Positions 21,386 to 34,700 of a stretch of 64,000 nucleotides of DNA are shown one piece after another. Both the position numbers and the translations under genes were made by a program. Under the pieces are notes generated by a model. The model worked only from the letters and a program-made list of their open reading frames with translations, did not search any database and was not told the DNA's origin. Where the stretch lies: the NCBI GenBank assembly GCA_032654565.1, contig JAULAX010000015.1:64001-128000 (forward strand), written 5' to 3'. Numbering within the stretch: position 1 is the stretch's first letter; each line of letters starts with the position of its first letter. The DNA is from Anaeromyxobacteraceae bacterium (GTDB taxonomy: Bacteria; Myxococcota; Myxococcia; Myxococcales; Anaeromyxobacteraceae).

Positions 21386-22354
21386 ATGCACCTGACCATC
21401 CTCTACCACGGCAACTGCTTCGACGGCTGCGCCTCCGCCGCCCTCTTCGGCCGCTTCCTGTCGGAGCGCGACGGGGCCAGGCTGGGCGGCGTGGTCCACC
21501 GCCCCATGGCCCACCAGCAGGGCGATCCCTTCCCCGCCGACGCCTTCTCCGGCCCCCTCAACGCCTGCGTCGACTTCCGCTTCTCGCCCCACCCCGGGCT
21601 CCACTGGTGGTTCGACCACCACGCCAGCGCCTTCATGTCGCCGGCCGACCGGGCCGTCTTCGAGGCCCGCGGCGCGCCGCAGCACTTCTGGGACCCGGCC
21701 GCCCCCTCCTGCACCGGCTTCATCGCCCGCACCCTGCGCGAGAAGTTCGGCTGGGAGGGGCGCGGGCTCGAGGAGCTGGTCCACTGGGCCGAGATCATCG
21801 ACGCCGCCCGCTTCCCCTCGGCGGCGGTGGCGGTCCGGCTCGACGAGCCGGCGCTGAAGCTGATGTCGCTGCTGGAGGCCACCCAGGACCCGGTCCTCCC
21901 CGACCGGGTCATCGAGGCCATGCGCCACCGCCCGCTGGCCTGGATCGTCGCCCAGCCCTGGGCCGCCGAGCCGCTGGCGCCGCTGCTGGCCCGCCACCAG
22001 GCGGCCATCGAGCTCTACCGGCAGCTGGCCCGGCAGGAGCACGGGGTGGTGCGGGTCGACCTGCTCGGCACCGGGCTGGAGAGCGCCAACAAGTTCATCG
22101 CCTACGACCTCTTCCCCCAGGCCCGCTACACCGTGGTGCTCTCCGAGGACCGCAAGCGGACCAAGGTCTCGGTCGGCTCCAACCCCTGGCCGCTGACCCC
22201 GCGCACCCACGACATCGCCGCGCTCTGCCAGCGCTACGGCGGCGGCGGCCACCCGGTGGTGGGGGCGGTCAGCCTGCCGCCCGGGCAGGCCGACCAGGCC
22301 CGGCGCATCGGCGCCGAGATCGCCGCCGCGCTCGGCGCCGAGGCGACGCCGTGA
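21386..22354 (+). CDS. DHH-family phosphoesterase-like protein
   Basis: YHGNCFDG, WFDHH and GGGGH (DHHA1) motifs. Confidence 0.75.
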   Translation: MHLTILYHGNCFDGCASAALFGRFLSERDGARLGGVVHRPMAHQQGDPFPADAFSGPLNACVDFRFSPHPGLHWWFDHHASAFMSPADRAVFEARGAPQHFWDPAAPSCTGFIARTLREKFGWEGRGLEELVHWAEIIDAARFPSAAVAVRLDEPALKLMSLLEATQDPVLPDRVIEAMRHRPLAWIVAQPWAAEPLAPLLARHQAAIELYRQLARQEHGVVRVDLLGTGLESANKFIAYDLFPQARYTVVLSEDRKRTKVSVGSNPWPLTPRTHDIAALCQRYGGGGHPVVGAVSLPPGQADQARRIGAEIAAALGAEATP

Positions 22355-22734
22355 CCCCCGGCCAGTACATCCTGGTGGTGGACGACGACGACGGCTTCCG
22401 CGAGGCGCTCTGCGAGGTGCTGGCCCAGGCCGGCTACCCGGTGGAGCAGGCGGCCAGCGGCGAGGAGGCGCTGGTGCAGCTGGAGGGGGAGGTGCCGGGC
22501 CTGGTGCTGCTCGACCTGAAGATGCCCGGCATCGACGGCTGGGGGGTCATCGAGCGGATGCGGGCCGAGCCGCGCTGGGCCGCCATCCCGGTGCTGATCC
22601 TCTCCGCCTACGGCTACGAGTGGGAGGCGGAGCTGCTCGGCGTGCAGGGCTACATCCCCAAGGCCGACGTGAAGCTGGACGGGATCCTGGCGCGGGTGAG
22701 GACCGCCGCCGGGGACCCGCCGCTGCGCCACTGA
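22351..22734 (+). CDS. Single-domain response regulator
   Basis: ILVVDDD, LLDLKMP, LSA, YIPK; GTGA overlap with the upstream gene. Confidence 0.88.
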   Translation: MTPGQYILVVDDDDGFREALCEVLAQAGYPVEQAASGEEALVQLEGEVPGLVLLDLKMPGIDGWGVIERMRAEPRWAAIPVLILSAYGYEWEAELLGVQGYIPKADVKLDGILARVRTAAGDPPLRH

Positions 22735-22747
22735 GGGCCGGGACGAC

Positions 22748-23833
22748 CTACCCCGCCACCGGGTAGTCGGTGTAGCCCTTCGGCCCGGGCAGGTAGAAGG
22801 TGGCGAAGTCGGGCGGGGTGAGCGGAAGCCCGCGCTCCAGCCGCGCCACCAGGTCCGGGTTGGAGAGGAAGGGGCGGCCGAAGGCCACCAGGTCGGCGCG
22901 CCCCTCGGAGAGCGCCGCCTCGGCGCCAGCGCGGTCGAAGCCGCCGGCCAGGATGAAGGTGCGCGGCCAGGCGGCGCGCAGCGCCAGCTTGAGCGCGGCC
23001 GGCACCGGCGGCGCCCCCATGGCCGAGTGGTCGACCAGGTGGACGTACTGGATCCCGGTGGCCACCAGCGCCGCCACCAGCGTCCGGTAGGTCTCGTCGA
23101 TCTCCGGGTAGGCGACCATGCCGGCGTTGACGCCGTAGGGGGAGAGCCGGATGCCGACCCGCTCCCCGCCGATGGCGGCGGCCACCTGCCGCGCCACCTC
23201 CAGCACGAAGCCGAGCCGCTTCTCGATCGAGCCGCCCCAGGCGTCGGTGCGCCGGTTGGTGTCGGGGCTGATGAACTGCTCCATCAGGTAGCCGTTGGCG
23301 CCGTGCAGCTCGACGCCGTCGAAGCCGGCGGTGATGGCGTTCCTCGACGCCACCACGTACTCCTCGATGGCGGCGCGCACCTCGGCGTCGGTCATGGCGC
23401 GCGGCACCGGGTGGGCCTTCATCCCCTCGGCGTCGGTGTACATCTCGCCGGGCGCGGCCACGGCGCTGGGGGCCAGCAGCGCTCCGCCGGCCGGCAGGTT
23501 GAGCGGGTGGCCCACCCGCCCGGTGTGCATGAGCTGGACGACGATGCGGCCGCCGCGGGCGTGGACGGCCTCGGTCACCAGCCTCCAGCCGGCCACCTGG
23601 GCGGCGTTCCAGAGCCCGGGGATGCGCGGGTAGCCGGTGCCGTTGGGCGACGGCGAGGTCCCCTCGGTGATGATCAGGCCGGCGCTGGCGCGCTGCGCGT
23701 AGTACTCGGCCATCAGGGCGTTGGGGGTGCTGGCCTCGACGGCGCGGCTCCTGGTCATGGGGGCCATGACCAGGCGGTTCTTCAGGGGGAGCGGGCCGAC
23801 GGTGGCGGGGGCGAAGAGGGAGGCGGTGGTCAC
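22748..23833 (-). CDS. Old yellow enzyme / alkene reductase (NemA-like)
   Basis: NRLVMAPMTRSR, GFDGVELHGANGYL, FGRPFLSNPDL, GYTDYP. Confidence 0.92.
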   Translation of the reverse strand: MTTASLFAPATVGPLPLKNRLVMAPMTRSRAVEASTPNALMAEYYAQRASAGLIITEGTSPSPNGTGYPRIPGLWNAAQVAGWRLVTEAVHARGGRIVVQLMHTGRVGHPLNLPAGGALLAPSAVAAPGEMYTDAEGMKAHPVPRAMTDAEVRAAIEEYVVASRNAITAGFDGVELHGANGYLMEQFISPDTNRRTDAWGGSIEKRLGFVLEVARQVAAAIGGERVGIRLSPYGVNAGMVAYPEIDETYRTLVAALVATGIQYVHLVDHSAMGAPPVPAALKLALRAAWPRTFILAGGFDRAGAEAALSEGRADLVAFGRPFLSNPDLVARLERGLPLTPPDFATFYLPGPKGYTDYPVAG

Positions 23834-23946
23834 GATGGTGCTCCTGGGAGGTTTCCGGGCGAGGATGACGCCGGGCGTTAGATGTAAGCGGGCCGCCGCC
23901 CGGAGCAACGGGATTGTGGGCCACCCCGAACGCGAGGAGACCATCG

Positions 23947-24873
23947 ATGTCGCTCTACCAGCACTTCAAGGGGAAGGGACCGAGCGGCTTCGGCTACGGC
24001 TCCACCGCCGCCGAGGTCACCGCCGGGCTCTCGCTGCAGGGGAAGACCATCCTGGTCACCGGCTGCGGCTCGGGGCTGGGGCTGGAGGCGCTGCGGGTGC
24101 TGGCGCTGCGCGGCGCCACCGTGATCGGCACCGCCCGGACGCTGGAGAAGGCCCAGGCCGCCTGCGCCTCGGTGGAGGGGCTGACGGTGCCGCTGGCCTG
24201 CGAGCTCTCCGACCCGGCCAGCGTCCGCGCCTGCGTGGAGGCGGTGCGGCGCGGCGGCCACCGGCTCGACGCGCTGATCTGCAACGCCGGGGTGATGGCG
24301 CTGCCGAAGCGGGAGCTGGTCCACGGGGTCGAGGCGCAGCTCTTCACCAACCACGTCGGCCACTTCATGCTGGTCACCGGCCTGCTCGACCGGCTCGCCG
24401 ACGACGGGCGGGTGGTGATGCTGAGCAGCGGCGCCCACAACATGGCGCCGAAGGCCGGCATCCTCTTCGACGACCTGGCCGCCGACCACGGCTACACGCC
24501 GTGGGGCCACTACGGCCAGTCGAAGCTGGCCAACCTGCTCTTCGCCAAGGAGCTGGCGCGCCGCCTCGCCGGGACCAGGCGGACCGCCAACGCCGTCCAC
24601 CCCGGCGTCATCATGAGCAACCTCTGGCGGCACATGCCCGGCCTCGCCAACTTCGCCCTCGGCCTGGTCGGGCCGCTGGTGCTCAAGGACGCGGCCCAGG
24701 GGGCGGCCACCGGGGTCTACGTGGCGGTCCACCCCGGCGCGGCGGCCACCTCGGGCGCCTACTTCGCCGACTGCAACCTGGCCCGGCCGCGCGCCGACGC
24801 CGACGACCCGGCCCTGGCCCGACGGCTCTGGGAGGTCACCGAGCGGCTGGTGGCCGGGCTGCCGACCACCTGA
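23947..24873 (+). CDS. SDR oxidoreductase (retinol dehydrogenase/WWOX-like)
   Basis: TGCGSGLG, CNAG, YGQSK catalytic motif, VHPG. Confidence 0.9.
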   Translation: MSLYQHFKGKGPSGFGYGSTAAEVTAGLSLQGKTILVTGCGSGLGLEALRVLALRGATVIGTARTLEKAQAACASVEGLTVPLACELSDPASVRACVEAVRRGGHRLDALICNAGVMALPKRELVHGVEAQLFTNHVGHFMLVTGLLDRLADDGRVVMLSSGAHNMAPKAGILFDDLAADHGYTPWGHYGQSKLANLLFAKELARRLAGTRRTANAVHPGVIMSNLWRHMPGLANFALGLVGPLVLKDAAQGAATGVYVAVHPGAAATSGAYFADCNLARPRADADDPALARRLWEVTERLVAGLPTT

Positions 24874-24905
24874 GCGACCCCGCCGGCGGCGGGGGGGGGC
24901 CGGGG

Positions 24906-27332
<2,427 letters not shown>

Positions 27333-27374
27333 GCGGACCACCCCCTCGCCGACGTCGAAGCTACCACCTCCGCG

Positions 27375-28745
27375 TCAGAACCTGCCAGCCAGCGCCACCC
27401 CCACCCCCGCCCCCGACGGCGCCGGCACCAGCGCCAGGCCGTCGGCCGCCTTCTCGCCGTCGACGCCGAACAGGTAGGCGTCCACCGCCGCCAGTGCCCA
27501 GACCCCGGCCGCCGACCAGAGGGCCGCGTTGCGCCAGCGGAAGTCCCGGTTGGCCTCGGCGCGCAGCGCCGCCGCCGCCGCGGCCGGATCGCTCCCCAGC
27601 GCGCCCGGCGTCACCATCGACTGGTAGTCCTTCTCGGCCTTGGCCCCCTTGAGCTGGAAGGCCAGCGCCACGCCCAGCGTCCCCGCCGCCGCCACGCCGA
27701 AGACCACCGCCTTGGCGCGCTGGCGGTTGTAGGCCTGGCCCCAGCCCGGCAGCAGCAGCGAGCGGAAGAGCGCGTCGTTGCGGCTGCGCAGCACCACCGC
27801 CTCGGAGGAGAGGGTGATCAGGGAGGCCGCCGAGACCGCCTCCGAGGCGGTGGCCAGCGTCTCGGAGGTCTCGGTGGCGACCACCCGGGCGTTCACCAGG
27901 AAGCGGTCGCCGGCGTCGGCGACGCTCCCCACCACCAGCGCCTGGGCGTCGGCCAGCTTGCCGAGCCGCGGGGCGTCCTTGGGATCGAGCAGCCCCATCT
28001 CCCCCAGCTTCACCTCGGTGAGCAGGGCCCCCAGCCGCGCCCGCTCCACCAGCAGCAGGCCGTGGAACTGGCGCAGGTCGGTGGCCACCTCCGCCGTCAC
28101 CACCGCCCCCAGCTCGCGTCGCTTCGCCTCCGCCCCCACGTCGACGAAGGGGAGCACCGCCAGCCGCTGGTAGCGCGCCGCCCCGGGGAGCCGGGCCAGC
28201 CCGGCCGCCAGCGTGTCGGAGAGGCGCCGCACCACCACGTCCACCGCCTCGGCGCGGGCGGTGGCCGCGCCCGGCCTCCCGGCGTCGAGGCGGGCGGTCT
28301 CGCTGGCCAGGACGTTGCCGGCGGGCAGGGCCACCAGCCGGACCTGCACCCGCACCGGTCCGTCCCCGCCGCCCGACGCCTCGGTCACCACCAGCGCCCC
28401 GACCTCCGGCAGCGGCGGCGGCGCCAGCCCACCGCCCAGCAGGGCCGCCAGGGTCTTCTCCCGCTGGGCCCGGTCGAGCAGCTCCCAGCTCCTCACCTTC
28501 ACCCGCCCGCTGCGCCCCAGCTCGGCGGCCAGCGCCTCGGTGAAGGGCCCGGCCCCGCCGGCCTGCTTCGCGGTCGCCGTCTCGCGGGCCGGGGTGATGG
28601 CCACCGTCTCCGTCCCCCCCCGCTTCTGCAGCGCCTCGGCGAGCGCCCCCGCCACCCGCCGCGCCGCGGCGGCCGTCTCCTCGCCCCTCGCCGGCGCGCC
28701 CGCCAGCAGGACCGCCGCCGCCACCACCCTCAGGATCACGCGCAT
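27375..28745 (-). CDS. Secreted protein with tandem CsgG/FlgO-like domains and a hydrophobic C-terminal (DUF5683-like) region
   Basis: Signal peptide; LAVLPF...LVERARL...LGKLADAQALVVGSV...VNARVV; RSLLLPGWGQAYN. Confidence 0.65.
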   Translation of the reverse strand: MRVILRVVAAAVLLAGAPARGEETAAAARRVAGALAEALQKRGGTETVAITPARETATAKQAGGAGPFTEALAAELGRSGRVKVRSWELLDRAQREKTLAALLGGGLAPPPLPEVGALVVTEASGGGDGPVRVQVRLVALPAGNVLASETARLDAGRPGAATARAEAVDVVVRRLSDTLAAGLARLPGAARYQRLAVLPFVDVGAEAKRRELGAVVTAEVATDLRQFHGLLLVERARLGALLTEVKLGEMGLLDPKDAPRLGKLADAQALVVGSVADAGDRFLVNARVVATETSETLATASEAVSAASLITLSSEAVVLRSRNDALFRSLLLPGWGQAYNRQRAKAVVFGVAAAGTLGVALAFQLKGAKAEKDYQSMVTPGALGSDPAAAAAALRAEANRDFRWRNAALWSAAGVWALAAVDAYLFGVDGEKAADGLALVPAPSGAGVGVALAGRF

Positions 28746-28756
28746 GGCCGGCTCCC

Positions 28757-31700
28757 TCACCGCAGGTCGAAGACGCGGAACTTGTCGCCGCCGAGCAGGT
28801 AGGCCCAGGGCCCGGCCACCAGCAGGCGGGCGGCGTTCTGCGTGAAGAGCGCCTCGCTGGTCCGCCGGCTCCCCAGGTAGGTGGGGAACCGTCCGCCGCG
28901 GAAGAGCGGGGCCAGGTCGAAGGTGGCCAGCCCCAGGTTGTGGCGGGCGTAGAGCAGGTCGCCGGTGGGGGTGGGGTTCCCCAGCGGCAGCGGCGACTCG
29001 AAGGTGCCGACCAGGGTGGCGCCGGTGCCGTCGCCGCCGGGGCCGAGCAGGACCACGCCCAGCCCGTAGGGCGAGTGGCCGACCGCGCCGTCGTAGGTGA
29101 AGAAGAGCCAGCGACCGGTGACGGCCACGTCGCGGACCGTCTTCATGGGGTGGAGCGCGCCGAGCGTCACCGGCGCCAGCTCCACCAAGGCGGCCGGGGC
29201 CAGCGCGCTCCAGACCCGGACCCGGGCGTCCCAGCTGGTGCCGCCGGTGGTGACGGTGGAGGCGGCGTAGAGGCGCCGGCGATGCAGCGCCAGCCCGATC
29301 AGCTTCTCGGTGGCGGCGCCGGCGATGGTGGCGGCGAGCAGCGGCGCGCTCTTGCTGCGGACGTCGAGCGCCACCAGCGTCGAGCTGGCGCCGGACTGGT
29401 CCACCACCGCGTAGGCCGCCTCGGTGTCGCTCACCAGCGCCGGGATGGCCTGCCCGTTGACGCCGGTGGAGACGCTGCCCCGCGGCCCCCAGGCGGCGGT
29501 GCCGCGGCTGGCGTCGAAGAGCTGCAGGGTGGCCGGGTTGCCGGCGAAGGCGGCCAGCACGTCGCCGTCGATCCAGGCCAGCTGGTGGGGGATGGCCGGG
29601 GCGGTCCCGACGAAGACCGGGCGCGGCGGCACGCCGGCGGCCTGGCGGCCCGGATCGGCCCGCCAGAAGGACGGGAAGGTGGAGCCGCCGGCGTTGATGC
29701 CGCCGAGCACCAGCAGGTTGTCGTCGCCGGCCAGCGGCGCCACCGGCGGCCCGTAGCTGTACGGGACCGCCAGGTTGACCAGCGACTCGGAGGCCAGCTC
29801 CCCGCCGGCCGGGTTGACCGGCGTGGAGAGGACCAGGCCGTTCTGGTTGCAGTGGGCGAAGAGCGTGGCGCCGGAGACCTCGAGCGTGGTCGGGTAGTAG
29901 GAGGTGCCGGCGCCGCAGGCGGCGAAGGGCTGGGCGCCGTCGAAGCCGCCGCCCCGGGCGTAGAAGCGCGGGCCCGACTCGGGCGGTGGCGCGGAGGTGG
30001 TGGCCGACGGCGCCGTGCCCCACTTCGACTGGCCGATGAGGTAGCCGCCCTGGAGCACGGCGGCCTTGTAGACGCCGTAGGTGCCGGTCTCCACCGCGGG
30101 TGCGGAGGGGTTGCTCACGTCGACCACCGTGGTGTCGAGCAGCGCGGTGTCGCCGCGGACGGAGAGGTTGTACCCGATGCCGACGCTGGCGGTCTGCCCG
30201 AGCATGGTCACGTTGGTCCCGCTCAGGCCGTAGATCTGGAGGGCGCCGGCGCTGGTGGTGACGTAGAGGGTGTCGCCGCGCACCACCAGCGAGTTGGCCG
30301 ACACCGGCAGGGTGGCGGAGAGCACCGGGGCGGTCCGGTCGGTGACGTCCCAGAGCTGGATCCCGCCCGAGACCGGCAGGAAGAGCCGGTTGCCGGCCGG
30401 CACCACCCAGGCCGAGGTGGAGGAGAGCGGGACGGTGGAGGCGGAGGTGAGCGTCCCGTCGGCGCCGATGTCGAAGAGCCGGAGCGACCAGGAGAAGACC
30501 GAGGTCAGCACGTCCAGGGCGTAGAGGGTGTGGCCGTGGACCACCTTCGGGTAGAGGCGGTGGCCGGTCTCGGCGTAGGACCCGACCCGGGCCGGGACGG
30601 TGGGGTTGGAGACGTCGAGCACGTCGATGGCGCCGGAGATGGCGCGGGCGAAGACCCAGCCGTTCCCCTGGGCGAAGCTGTTGTCGAGGAACTCGGCGTG
30701 GAGGGTGACCGCCGCCGTCGCTCCGTCGGCCTTCACCTCGGCGTGGGTGACCCGGTTGCCCACGAAGCTGCTGCCCCCGGAGGCCAGCACCCGGTCGATG
30801 CCGCCGGCGTCGGCCACGCCGAGGGCGCGGACCTCGTTGCCGATCTGCGCCAGGTCGACCTGCACCGTCTGCTGCAGCGCTCCCGCGGCGTCGGTGAAGC
30901 GGCGCACCTCGAGGTTGCCGCGCGGGCTGACGGTGGCGTCGTAGGTGCCGAGGTAGAAGTGGTCGCCGCTGGCCACCGCCGGGGCGGCGTCCTGGGCGGT
31001 GGCGGCGAAGAGCCGCGGCGGGAACTTGCTGACCATCGGCCCGCTGGCGAGCAGCAGCGACCGCTCCGGCCGGGGGAAGTTCAATCCGGCCGGGTCGAAG
31101 GTGGCCACCTGGGTGACGCCGGTGAGCCCCACCCGGTCGATGGTCACGTACCCCACGTGGAAGGCGCCGAAGAAGGCGGCCACCGGCTCGGCCGGGACCG
31201 GGGCGTAGTAATCCCAGTTGGGCAGCGTGGTCAGGGAGCCGCCCGCCTCGGTGCGGAGCGCCGTGCCAGGGAAGGCGGTGGCGACGGTGGGCCGGGCGAC
31301 GTCGAAGGTGTAGAGGGTCGGGTCACCGGCGGCCGGCGAGGCCAGCACGCCGAGCAGCAGGCCGGTGCCGCCAGGGACCACGCCGGCGCCGTGGAAGCGG
31401 GTCGGCACCACCTTCTGGCCGGCGGCGTCGAGGAACTGGAGCGGCTCGCCGAGCGGCACCGGGGCCAGCGGGTCGGCCACCGAGTAGGCGCGCACCTGGT
31501 GGCGCTCCACCGCCCAGAGGGTCAGGCCGTCGGGCGCCAGGGCCAGGGTCTCGGCGCGGGCGTGGAGCGAGGCCACCGGCACGCCCAGCGAGGGGACGCC
31601 GCCGCGGGGCGCCGCCGGGAAGAAGAAGACGGTGACGCTGGCGCGGTAGGCGGCCGGCTCGCTGCGGTAGTCGGCCTCCAGCGAGCTGCCCGCCAGGTAG

Positions 31701-34700
31701 ACGCAGTCGCCGACCACGCCCTGCCAGGTGCAGCCGAAGACCAGCAGCGGCGCGGTGGCCAGCGGGGCGATCCCGGGGAGCTGGGCGCGCCCCAGCAGGA
31801 CCGGGTTGGCCGGGTCGGTGGCGTCGAGCTGCACCAGCCCCTGGCGCTGGGCCAGGTAGACGCGGACGGTGCCGTCGGCGCGGGCACCCAGGGACTGGAA
31901 CTCGGCGCCGTAGGCGGAGAGGACGCGCGGGCTGATCCGGTTGGGGTTGGCGTTGCGCTCACCGGAGGGCTCGCTGACGTTGCCGGCGGCGTCGACCGCC
32001 GAGACCGAGAGGTAGTAGGAGGTGCCGGAGGAGAGGCCGGAGAGCTGGAAGGCGGTGGCGGCGCCGGCCTCCACCGGGGCCACCCCCTGGTCGGCCCCCA
32101 CCCCGGCCACGTCGCCCGGCGCGGTGCCGTAGTGGACCAGGTAGCGCACGGTGTCTCGGCTGGGGCTGGGGGTCCAGGTGAGGCCGGCGGTGGTGGCGGT
32201 GGTCTTGAGGCCGGTGATGGCCGGCGGCACCGGGGCCACGTCGTCGTGGGTCACGCTCACCACCGTGCCGGCGCTGGCGTTGCGGGCCAGGTCGCGGGTG
32301 CGGACGCCGAGCACGTTGTCCTGGTTCCGGGCCAGCGTGAAGACCAGCCGCCGGGTCGGATCGGGCGTGCAGGCGGTCCAGGTGCCGGCGTACTGGCCGC
32401 CCAGGCACTGGTACTCGATGCCCGCCTCTCCGCCGGGGAGGACGGCCAGCGTCCCGGTCACGGTGGGCTGGTTGGTGATCCCGGTGCCGAGGTCGGTGAA
32501 GACCGGGCCGGGGGGAGCCACGGTGTCGAGGGCGATGGTGGCGGCCCGGGGGGCCGAGACGTTGCCGGCCTCGTCGGCCAGCCAGGCGCAGACCTGCTTG
32601 GCCCCGTCGGCGCCGGTGAGCACCAGCGTGGAGGCCTGGGCCACCGGCTGCCAGCGCGGCAGCGCCGGGAGCAGGCAGGGGCCGCTGGCCTCCAGGAAGG
32701 CGATCCGGCTCACCCCGGCGTCGGCCGGGTCCCAGCCGGCGCGGGCCACCACCACCGGCCCCGCCGCCCAGGAGGTCGAGGCCTGGCCGTCGCCCAGCGT
32801 GCCCACCAGCTCCAGCAGCTGGAGCGCGGGCGCCGTGGTGTCGAGGAAGATGGCGGCGCTGGCGCCGGCCCCCTCGACCCGGGCGTCATTGCGGAAGAGG
32901 ACCGAGACCACCTTGAGCCCGTCGAGCAGGCCGAGCGACACCTGCTTCGAGGTGGCGTAGGTCTCCCAGGGGCCGGGGATGCCGTCCACGGTGACCAGCA
33001 TCTCGGCGGCGTTGCTGGCGGCGATGGAGAGCCCCACCAGCTGGCCGCTGCCGGCCCCCTTGCCGGTGATGGTCGCCCCGCCCTCGATGGCCAGGCGTCC
33101 CCCGGTGGGCGGCGCCTGGTGGAGCGTGATCGAGCCCTGGACCGGGCCGGAGAGGTTGCCGGCGCGGTCGCGGAGCCGGGCGTGGACGACGCGGGGCCCG
33201 TCCCCGGGCGCCAGCACCCAGGGGACGGCGGCGGCGGCGGCCTCGAAGGGCTGCCAGGCGGCGCTGGCGAAGGTGCCGTCGTTGGAGAGCTGCAGCTCGG
33301 CGAGGCCGCTGGTGGCGTCGAGCTGGGCGGAGAGGTCGAGGGTGACGCTGGCGGTGGCGGTGAGGAGGGTGGAGGCCAGCCCGTCGGCCAGCCGGCCGGT
33401 CACGACGAAGGGGACCGCGGCGGGGGCGGTGCCGTCGCGGGTGATCGAGAGGGGGGCCAGCGCGGTGCTGTTGCCGGCGGCGTCCCGGTAGGTGACCTGG
33501 ATCGCCTTGGCGCCGTCACCGGCGGTGAGGCTCACCTGGAGCGTGCCCCCGGCGGGCGCGGCCACGCCGGACTGGGGGACCACGCCGGCGCCGGCGACGT
33601 CCACCGTCTCCTGGCCCGCGGCCGGCCAGGTGAGGCCGACGGTGCCCCCGGCGACGAAGGTGGCCGGGGTGAGCGAGGGCGGGAGCGCCAGCGGCGGCGT
33701 GGTGTCGTAGGTGACGGTGGCGGTGGCCAGCTCGGAGAGGTTGCCGGCGGCGTCGGCGAAGCGGGCGTAGACGGTCTTCTGGCCGTCCGGTGGCGAGAGG
33801 CTCAGCACCGGGAGCGCCGGGGTGAAGGGGAGCACCTCGCCGACCAGCGTGACGCTGGCGGCCCCCACCAGCCCGGGGTTGTCGGCCACCAGCGCCCGGA
33901 CCGGGGCGCCGCCGGCGGAGAGCCGCACCCGCAGCGGCGCCAGCCGGGTGACGGCGACCAGGCCGCCCAGCCCGTCCACCACCGCCACCGAGGGTGAGGT
34001 GGGGCCGGCCGAGCGGAGCTCGATGGTCCGGGAGATGGGGGCGCTCTCGTTCCCGGCCGGATCCATGAACCGGGCGTGGACGTTCCTGGTCCCGTCGCCG
34101 GGCTCGAGCAGCCAGGAGAGGCTGGGGGCGAAGGGCTGCCAGCGGGCGCCGACGAACCCCGGGGTGTTGGAGAGGAGCACCGAGAGCGCCTCGCCGCCGG
34201 CCCCGGCGTTGGCGTCGGTGGCGCCGAGGGCCAGCGTGACCAGCGGCGTCGAGGTGAAGCCGGCGGCGGCGGCGGCGGGGCCAGCCACGGCCAGGGTGGT
34301 GTCGGCCGGGGCCAGGGTGTCGAGCGTGACCAGCGCGGTGGCCGCGGTCGAGACGTTTCCGGCCCGGTCGATGAAGCGGGCGTGGACCGACTTGATCCCG
34401 TCGCCCGGCGACAGGCTCCAGGTGGTGGCGACGTTGTAGTCGAGCAGGACCGATCCTGCGAAGGCGGAGTTGTCGGCCAGCTCCACCTGCCAGAGGCCGG
34501 AGACGGCCGCGGCGGGATCGGCCGGCGGCGGCAGGTCGCGGGCGCCGAGCGAGAGGGCCACCGGGCTGGAGCGGACGAAGCTGGCGCCGCCGGCGATGGT
34601 CACCGACGGGGCCGACGGGGCCAGCCGGTCGAGCACGACGCTGGCCATGGCGGCGGCCAGGGTGGCGCCGGCGGCGTCGACGAAGACCACCGTGACGTCG